In this document: piece after piece, positions 57,617-64,000 of the stretch
Layout of the letters: every line of letters starts with the position of its first letter
How positions within the stretch are numbered: the first letter of the stretch is position 1
Assembly (NCBI GenBank): GCA_963703285.1
Contig: OY969807.1
Span: 928,001-992,000, forward strand
Length of the DNA stretch: 64,000 nucleotides
From: an uncultured Nitrososphaerota archaeon
GTDB taxonomy: Archaea; Thermoproteota; Nitrososphaeria; Nitrososphaerales; Gagatemarchaeaceae
Direction: 5' to 3'
Made by a program: the position numbers and the translations under genes
The notes under the pieces: model-generated
The model's database searches: none
Seen by the model: the letters and a program-made list of their open reading frames with translations, nothing else
What the model was told of the DNA's origin: nothing

Positions 57617-59045
57617 TTAACTCTGACAGGAGGACCTTCCTCCATTCGACGAAGCCCGCGGGCGTCTTCGGGTAGTCGAGGTTGTGCTGCACCAGGGTCT
57701 GGCTCTTCTTCGCTGTGTACCTCAGCCCCATTGCGAGGTCGCGCTCGCTGAGGGCCCTGAGGATGAGGATCGGGTTCATCATATGGACCCTGTTGAAGTC
57801 GGGGTGGCGCCTCTCGCTAATCGCCCTGACGTCGTCCTCCGAGAGGAAGTGCTTCATCCCGTAGTTGATCTGCTCGTTGGTGAGCGCCTGCAGGTACCTC
57901 CTCAGCACCTCGAAGCTCGCCATCTGGTACCCGTGGGTGGTCATGTACTCGACGTTGTAGTCCCAGAGCGCCTCCTGGCTGTAGTCCTTTGTCTCGAGGG
58001 CGCGGGCCACGGTCTTCCCCAGGATGACGCCGGCATAGATGGATGGCCCTATGCCTCCTGCGTCGAGCGGCCTGGGCATCCAAGCGGCGTCGCCGACGAC
58101 CGCGAACCCGTTCGCCACCATGCAGTCGTTCTGCCGGCGGACGGGGACCTGCCAGTTCCCCTTCGAGTTGCCGTCGTAGCCGGGGCCGGCGGAGAGACGG
58201 CCGTTCCTGATGGCGGGATTGTCCTTGACGTACTTCTCTATCAGGCTCTGTAGGTTGTCGTTCAGCTTGAACCTCTTGTTCCGTCGGGAGAGCCCGGTCT
58301 TGGAGACGCCGAGCCCGATATTGACTCTCGTCTTCCCCTTCGGAAAAATCCACGCGTAGCCCGAAGGGGCGATGAATTGGTCGAGGTGGATCAGGCAGTA
58401 GTCCGGCGTGAAGAAGGTCTCGTCCCGCTTCCCCTCCTCGAAGTCGAGGATGTAACGGCCCGTCACCTCTATGTCGTCCATGTCGATCTCCCGCTCTATG
58501 TAGCTCTCGATGGGGAGGAACTTCCGGAGCACTGACGAGGAACCGGTCGCGTCGATGACTATGTTCGCGCTCGCCTTGAAGGGTTTCCCGTCGTCATACC
58601 TCCCCGTTACCCCCGTTACGTAGCCGTTCTCAGAGGTGACCCTCTCTGCGCTGAGGTTGAACTTGAACTCGACCCCGAACTCCAGGGCATCCTTGACCTG
58701 CCTCTGAGGCAACAGCTTCCTGTTCAGGATGAAGCCCTCCCCCTCGAACCTGACCTTGGTCTGGTGGTCCGGCGAATAGACCAGCACCCCCTTAACGGGG
58801 TGCTCCAGTTCGGGTTCTCCGTATTTTATCCCGATGTTCTTCTCGAGGAACCTCAGGCTGTTCAGGCTGGTCGCGTCGCCGCAGGTCCACCCGTTGTTTG
58901 TCTTCTTCCCCGCCTCCTCTGGAGGGTTCCTGTCGACGACCAGAACCTTGGCAGACTTCTTCGAGTAGTAACCGATGGCGGCCGCCGTGATCAGCCCCGA
59001 CATTCCGCCACCCGCCACGATCACGTCATAGTCTCGAGAGGGCAC
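57573..59045 (-). CDS. Geranylgeranyl reductase family (digeranylgeranylglycerophospholipid reductase)
   Basis: VIVAGGGMSG, CGDA, GYAWIFPK, VGDAA..PLDAGGI. Confidence 0.9.
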   Translation of the reverse strand: MPSRDYDVIVAGGGMSGLITAAAIGYYSKKSAKVLVVDRNPPEEAGKKTNNGWTCGDATSLNSLRFLEKNIGIKYGEPELEHPVKGVLVYSPDHQTKVRFEGEGFILNRKLLPQRQVKDALEFGVEFKFNLSAERVTSENGYVTGVTGRYDDGKPFKASANIVIDATGSSSVLRKFLPIESYIEREIDMDDIEVTGRYILDFEEGKRDETFFTPDYCLIHLDQFIAPSGYAWIFPKGKTRVNIGLGVSKTGLSRRNKRFKLNDNLQSLIEKYVKDNPAIRNGRLSAGPGYDGNSKGNWQVPVRRQNDCMVANGFAVVGDAAWMPRPLDAGGIGPSIYAGVILGKTVARALETKDYSQEALWDYNVEYMTTHGYQMASFEVLRRYLQALTNEQINYGMKHFLSEDDVRAISERRHPDFNRVHMMNPILILRALSERDLAMGLRYTAKKSQTLVQHNLDYPKTPAGFVEWRKVLLSELNETVERFKPVEVAE

Positions 59046-59112
59046 GATAACACCAGATTATAGTTGCGAACGCTACTAAAACCCTATATAAGAGTTTCCC
59101 GAATCGGAACCG

Positions 59113-59811
59113 TTGGACGCGGGCATCCTCGACGAGCTCAGAGACCTCGGGCTGACGCGGTACGAGGGGATGTGCTACGTCTCGTTGCTGGGTCTAGGTC
59201 TGGCGGATCCAAGGGCAGTGGCCGAGGACGCGGGCATCCCGCACCCGAACGCGTACGAGGCGCTCAGGAGGCTCCAGGGCAGAGGATGGGTCGAGCTCGT
59301 GAGGAAAAGGCCCGCGACATACCGCGCCAGGAGGCCCGAGGTCATAAGGACGATGATAGCATCAAAGATGGAGGCCACCTTCAGCGTCCTGTCGCGGATG
59401 TACAGGGCTGTGCCGACGGCGGACGCCGAGATGGTTTACACGCTCAGGGGTAGGGAGAAGGTGCTCTCCAAGATGTACGAGATGATGGAGGGGGCAAGAC
59501 AGAGCATGATCCTCGTTACCCCGACGCTCGGGCTGGAAGAGAAGGTGCAGAGGCTGTTGAAGGAGGCGGTCGCAAGGGGTGTCAGGGTGAGGGCCATAGT
59601 CGACGAGGAAGGGGCGCGTCTCCTCCCCAAAGGCGTGGAGACTAGGAGCGGGAGCCTCATCGCAATCGACCTCCTCGCTGACGACAAGACCGCGATGATC
59701 TCGCTCCCCGACTACTCGGCCTGTGGGTGGGTCGACAGCCCCCAGGTCGCCAGTCACTTCAAGCAGTTCCTCGAGCTGATGTGGACGAGCTCGAAGGCGT
59801 CCGGCCGATAA
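59113..59811 (+). CDS. TrmB family transcriptional regulator
   Basis: LGLTRYE...Y..LL, GIP...AYEAL.RL..RGWV, RP..YRA; effector domain RGVRVRAI. Confidence 0.9.
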   Translation: MDAGILDELRDLGLTRYEGMCYVSLLGLGLADPRAVAEDAGIPHPNAYEALRRLQGRGWVELVRKRPATYRARRPEVIRTMIASKMEATFSVLSRMYRAVPTADAEMVYTLRGREKVLSKMYEMMEGARQSMILVTPTLGLEEKVQRLLKEAVARGVRVRAIVDEEGARLLPKGVETRSGSLIAIDLLADDKTAMISLPDYSACGWVDSPQVASHFKQFLELMWTSSKASGR

Positions 59812-59919
59812 CGGCGCTGAACGAGGGCGGGGTAGCCCCCTAACCGAGGAAAAATCTCATAATGATTATGGAATGATTATGGAGATTCTTCTTTAGGTGG
59901 CCCGAGAGAGGCCGGCCGT

Positions 59920-62259
59920 ATGCGCAGGCAGCGGGCGGTCGGAGGGTTGGTGGCGTGCTCGGTTCTAGCGCTGCTCTTGCTCGTCACCGTGACGAATGCC
60001 TTCGGCTCCACGTCGGTGGCTCGCACCGCGCCCATGCTTGTCCCCACGACGACCTGCTCCTGTGAGCAGGGCCCGCAGGCCGGGGGCTCCTCATCGCTGT
60101 ACCAATTGCAGAGGCACGGTCCGCCCAATATGGAGAACTACGACGAGCAGCTGGGAATCACCTTCTCGCAGAGTTTCACGTCCATCGAGTACAACGTCAC
60201 CGCGGTGGAGCAGACCGACCCCCAGCTGGACACCGGACCGGCCTACCTTCTCAACGGGCTCGCGAACAACGGTTACTGGTATCAAGTGGGCGTCTCGTGG
60301 AACTGGGGTCCAGGCTCAACGCCCGGCACGGGTTTCGATATGAACTATGAGGTCTTCGACACCCAAGGGGACTCCATCTATCCGCGCAACGGCGGGGGGC
60401 TCTCCGGTTTCTCGGGCCCCGTGAACGAAGGCGACACGATAACGCTGAACCTGTACATCGGAAACTCGAGCGACGTGGTGATGGTGGCAGAGGACACGAA
60501 CACGGGAGCGTTCGCCTCGCAGACCTACAGCTCGTTTGGAGCGACCTACTTCGCAGGGTTGCCGAGCGCCGTGGCGAGCTCGAACGGTTACTTCACGGGC
60601 CTGATGAACGAGTGGTATCACGGAGCCCCCTACTACGCCAACGGGGAGCAGGTAATCTTCTCGAACCCGACGTTCGCCCTATCGTCCGCATGGATGTGGA
60701 TGGACGAGTTCAACGCGAACACCATCCAGTCCCTCTTCACGGCAAACACGGCGTCGCCGGTCACCTACACCAACCCGAACTCCCTGCAGGAGTTCTCGTA
60801 CAACGGCACCGTGGAATACAGCGACGCCTACGAGTTCATAACGGGCAACGCGACCGTCTCCACGACCAACTCCACCGTTCCGCTGACGCTCAGCTACGCC
60901 GTCCTGGGTGGGGGGACGACCTATTCCTCGCCGGTGCTGACCTACGTCTCGGGAGGGTCTCAGAAGACGGCGACGCTCTCCATATCCTCGGCCACCTACC
61001 AGGCCGACATCGGCAGCACCTGGACCGTCACCGGGACCCTCGGAGGCTCGTCGTCCAGCGAGCGGTGGCAGACAGACCAGCCGACGACCGGAGTCGCCAA
61101 GTCGGCGGACACGGTCGTCCTCGAGTACTACCATCAGTTCTCGGTGAGCTTCGAATTCGCCGTCTCGGGCGGAGGGTCAGCCTATTCGGAGCCCACCGTG
61201 GCATACGACTCCTTCGGTTCCGCACAGTCCGCGGGTGGAACTTCTGCCCAGTTCCCGCTCGGCAGCGTGTGGGCGGACTCGGGGTCCCGCTACAACTACA
61301 CCGACCCGCTGCCAGGTTCCTCGTCGAGCGAGAGGTGGAACGCCGACCCTGCCACGGGGACGGTCGATTCGTCAGGGACAGCAACGGTCGACTACTACCA
61401 CCAGTTCCTCGTGACGGTGGACGCGTCCTTCGAGGGCAGCGTGATCTTCCCATCGGTCTCGCTGCGCTCGACCAGCGAGGGCAGGTCCCTCACGGGGACG
61501 GTCGCCCAGGGCGCGAACACGTTCTGGCTGGACGCAAGCGCGCAGTACTCGATCTCACAGACGGTATCGCTCCTCCAGGGAGAGAGGTGGGCGACCAACG
61601 CCACGACCACAGGAGTGGTCTCCGGGCAGTTCACGATCCCGCTGGCCTACCAGTACCAGTACTACGTCGGCATATCGACGAGCGGGACGAACGGGGGGAC
61701 GACGTCTGCGGAGATAGGGTGGTATCTTCCCGGGACGAACCTGCAGGTAACGGCGACCCCGAACTCCGGATGGCAGTTCGAAGGGTGGACGGGTGTCGGG
61801 GCGGGATCCACGACGAGCTCGAGCCCCGAACTGTCCTTGACCCTCATCGGTCCTGCGAACGAGACGGCGGCCTTCTACCCCGGGGTGACAGTGACGGCCT
61901 CAGGGCCGGTAGCCGTCTCGTACCAGGATGGGACCATCTCGGGGAGGGTCGCCGCCGGAACGAGTTCCGTCGTCTATGTCCCTGCGTCGTCTACGATGTC
62001 GCTCAGCGCTGGTTCCGCACCCCTCTTCTACTCGTTCACGGGGTGGAGCGGGGCTGTCTCCTCGAAGGGGTCTAGCGTCTCGCTCTCGGTTGACGCGCCA
62101 GAGAGCGTCATGGCGGGGTCGTCCTATGACTACGCCAGCATCGCGATAGTGTCGCTGGCCGCGATCCTGATAGTCGTGGTGGCCCTCCTTGCGTTAACAA
62201 GGTCGAGGAAGCCTAAGGTCGAGAATCGGGAGGAGACCGTAGGCAGCCCGGCTGCGTAA
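59920..62259 (+). CDS. Cell-surface protein with repeated beta domains and C-terminal TM
   Basis: Signal peptide, repeated SSERW/YYHQF units, ATPNSGWQFEGWTG (B-repeat-like), C-terminal anchor. Confidence 0.8.
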   Translation: MRRQRAVGGLVACSVLALLLLVTVTNAFGSTSVARTAPMLVPTTTCSCEQGPQAGGSSSLYQLQRHGPPNMENYDEQLGITFSQSFTSIEYNVTAVEQTDPQLDTGPAYLLNGLANNGYWYQVGVSWNWGPGSTPGTGFDMNYEVFDTQGDSIYPRNGGGLSGFSGPVNEGDTITLNLYIGNSSDVVMVAEDTNTGAFASQTYSSFGATYFAGLPSAVASSNGYFTGLMNEWYHGAPYYANGEQVIFSNPTFALSSAWMWMDEFNANTIQSLFTANTASPVTYTNPNSLQEFSYNGTVEYSDAYEFITGNATVSTTNSTVPLTLSYAVLGGGTTYSSPVLTYVSGGSQKTATLSISSATYQADIGSTWTVTGTLGGSSSSERWQTDQPTTGVAKSADTVVLEYYHQFSVSFEFAVSGGGSAYSEPTVAYDSFGSAQSAGGTSAQFPLGSVWADSGSRYNYTDPLPGSSSSERWNADPATGTVDSSGTATVDYYHQFLVTVDASFEGSVIFPSVSLRSTSEGRSLTGTVAQGANTFWLDASAQYSISQTVSLLQGERWATNATTTGVVSGQFTIPLAYQYQYYVGISTSGTNGGTTSAEIGWYLPGTNLQVTATPNSGWQFEGWTGVGAGSTTSSSPELSLTLIGPANETAAFYPGVTVTASGPVAVSYQDGTISGRVAAGTSSVVYVPASSTMSLSAGSAPLFYSFTGWSGAVSSKGSSVSLSVDAPESVMAGSSYDYASIAIVSLAAILIVVVALLALTRSRKPKVENREETVGSPAA

Positions 62260-62287
62260 GAATGCAACCGGGCTGGCCATTAGCAGC

Positions 62288-62926
62288 CTAACTGCTGAAG
62301 ACAGACTCGCTGGAGGCGGACGGAATCTCGGGGAACGAGTCGGACATCCGCTTCTCTGCCACCGCTGCAGCTTCTGCCATGATCTTCTCGGCCTCTTCGC
62401 TGCTCTCAGGGGTGAAGAAGTTGCCCCCGCTTATTCCGCCGACGTCGCTCATGAGCCCGGTAAGGGAGGCGCCGATGTCTCCGAGCGCCGACTGGGCGTC
62501 CGGCATCGCGGTGCCCAGGGTAGAGCGGATAGACCTGATGACCCCGATCGCCGGAGCGAGGGTGGCGGTGAAGTCGCCGATGTCGGTCACGGTCTGCAGT
62601 CTGGTGGTTATCTGTTCGAGCGCAATCTTGGACTGCGTGACGATCTTCGCCATCTTCCTCACCTCGGACAGCTCGTTCGAGTAGGCCTTGCTTGTCTGCT
62701 CGTCGTGCTGCTGGACGGCGGTCACGGTCTTCTTGAATATCGCCTGTTCCCTCTGCTTCAGGCGGTCCATCGAGCGGTCCAGGCGGGAAATCTCCTGCTG
62801 GAGCTGGCTCGTGGCCTTCTGGATCTGCGGCCTCATGGGCTGGGCGCCCCTGATGGCCTCCTTCGTCTTCTGGCTGAACGACCCTTGGTCCTGCTGCGGC
62901 TTCCAGTTCTTTTCGAACTTACTCAA
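62288..62926 (-). CDS. cdvB: ESCRT-III / Snf7-family CdvB-like protein
   Basis: YSNEL.EVRK..K.V.QSK.ALEQI..RL.TV.D.GD....L.PA; EEAEKIM.EAAAVAE..M..FPEIP. Confidence 0.85.
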   Translation of the reverse strand: MSKFEKNWKPQQDQGSFSQKTKEAIRGAQPMRPQIQKATSQLQQEISRLDRSMDRLKQREQAIFKKTVTAVQQHDEQTSKAYSNELSEVRKMAKIVTQSKIALEQITTRLQTVTDIGDFTATLAPAIGVIRSIRSTLGTAMPDAQSALGDIGASLTGLMSDVGGISGGNFFTPESSEEAEKIMAEAAAVAEKRMSDSFPEIPSASSESVFSS

Positions 62927-63069
62927 GTTAATCTCTCGCTATCACGTGCCTCTTGATGTGATGATACCGGCGTCAGGCAACAATTCTTGACAGGTTGCTC
63001 AACGCGGATGAGACATTCGCATCGGCGAAGGCATCGCTTTTTTAGGTACACACCATAGGCCGCACCGTC

Positions 63070-63780
63070 TTGGCTCTCGACCCGGCCATCTTCCTCGCTG
63101 CGCTCGGGATAACTCTCCTAGAGTTCACCGAGGCCTCGGCGGTCGCGCTCGCCCTCTACGCCGACTCGGGCCGGTATTCGGCGTTCCTGTACGTAGCCCT
63201 CGGGTCCCTAGTTGTCCTGCTCCCGACCATCCTCGTCGGGTCGCTCATCGGTCTGCTGCCCGCCGTCTATGTGAGGCTCGTCGCGGCAGTCCTCCTCCTC
63301 TACTTCGGTCTGAGGCTGGCCAGGAGCGCGAGGAGGTCGGTCCTGAGCGCGAGGAAGGGGAGCAAGCGCATCGAGCACTTCGAGAAGGGAATCATGGCGA
63401 CGGGTTTCTCGGTAGGCGCCATTGAGGCCTTCGAGGCGGCCATCGTACTCGTGGGTCTCCTGCCGAACGGCTTCGTCGCGACCATCAGTGGCCTGAGCGT
63501 CGGTATCGTCCTCGTGGTGGTCGCCACCTATCTCTTGCGGACCCAGGTCAGGAAGGTGAAGCAGGCCGATTCCAAGGTCGTCGTCTCGGCGCTCCTTCTC
63601 TCCTTCTCGAGCTTCTGGTTCGCGGAGGCTTTCTACTCGCCTTCGGACCTGCTCCTCATACCTGTCTTCGGCGTCTTCGCCGTGACGGTGTACTTCTTCG
63701 CCAACCGGCCCTCGCCCCCGGTCCAGGGCGGTTCATCTGAGCAGGCGTCCGAGACTCGGGGCGGCACCCCGCCCCCGTAA
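63070..63780 (+). CDS. Membrane protein, GDT1/TMEM165/FTR1-like
   Basis: Repeated E..EA motifs (LEFTEAS, IEAFEAA) in TM helices. Confidence 0.65.
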   Translation: MALDPAIFLAALGITLLEFTEASAVALALYADSGRYSAFLYVALGSLVVLLPTILVGSLIGLLPAVYVRLVAAVLLLYFGLRLARSARRSVLSARKGSKRIEHFEKGIMATGFSVGAIEAFEAAIVLVGLLPNGFVATISGLSVGIVLVVVATYLLRTQVRKVKQADSKVVVSALLLSFSSFWFAEAFYSPSDLLLIPVFGVFAVTVYFFANRPSPPVQGGSSEQASETRGGTPPP

Positions 63781-63849
63781 TCTACTATCCTTCCGCCCCG
63801 CGACGCTGACCCGTTCAGGTTATCAAGTACGTGATAACGGGCCAGCATC

Positions 63850-64000
63850 ATGGGGTCCGGTCGGCTGCACGAGTTCGCACAGTCCTTCGGGCCCGCCTGG
63901 ATCGTCATGATAGCGGACGTCGACGCCCCCAGCATACTGACCGCGGCGACGGTTGGGGCGACCTACGGCTACGGGCTGATCTGGTTCTTCATGCTGCTCA
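63850..64000 (+). CDS. NRAMP-family divalent metal transporter, N-terminus (truncated by window)
   Basis: FGPAWIVMIADVDAPSILTAATVGATYGYGLIW. Confidence 0.8.
   Translation, partial: MGSGRLHEFAQSFGPAWIVMIADVDAPSILTAATVGATYGYGLIWFFMLL

Noticed and set aside
60612-62075. Long alternative-frame and antisense ORFs (also 4800-5981, 16018-17154, 52059-53105 and others)
   Set aside because: Shadow ORFs of GC-rich genes; Arg/Gly/Pro-rich with no motifs, and overlapping confident genes or the tRNA

Overview
A 64-kb archaeal window, most consistent with a non-ammonia-oxidising Nitrososphaerota (Thaumarchaeota) lineage: it has TBP, Cdc48, ESCRT-III/CdvB, geranylgeranyl reductase, GGPP synthase, TrmB and a tRNA-Glu with a 15/16 intron. 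From left to right: (1) a heme cluster of the bacterial coproporphyrin type (hemA-C-D-B-L-E-H, divergent hemY) ending in an AhbD-like radical SAM gene rather than hemQ, with hemD fused to hemB by a 1-nt frameshift; (2) metal and exported proteins; (3) an unexplained OsmC / acyl-CoA-dehydrogenase-fold / cytoplasmic PhnD-fold / MetE-like cassette; (4) two paralogous Tat-exported PaoABC-like molybdenum hydroxylase operons with an unusual shared MRDVGE motif. Each is followed by a DUF5678-like gene and has a nearby mocA; the first also has a retropepsin plus pseudo-retropepsin pair and a stand-alone diheme cytochrome b; (5) a visibly lower-GC region (~28.1-52.7 kb) downstream of tRNA-Glu, punctuated by tRNA-3'-like direct repeats. 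It carries cdc48/tbp/rps10, an IS5 remnant and an apparently novel six-gene exported redox operon (beta-helix protein, Tat NrfC, NrfD with an internal Tat signal, CuA-like cupredoxin, Cys-rich protein, Tat-signalled MoaD/SAMP-like protein ending in GG); (6) a stand-alone TnpB and core lipid, cell-division and transport genes. All calls come from motif recognition by eye; no database searches were run.
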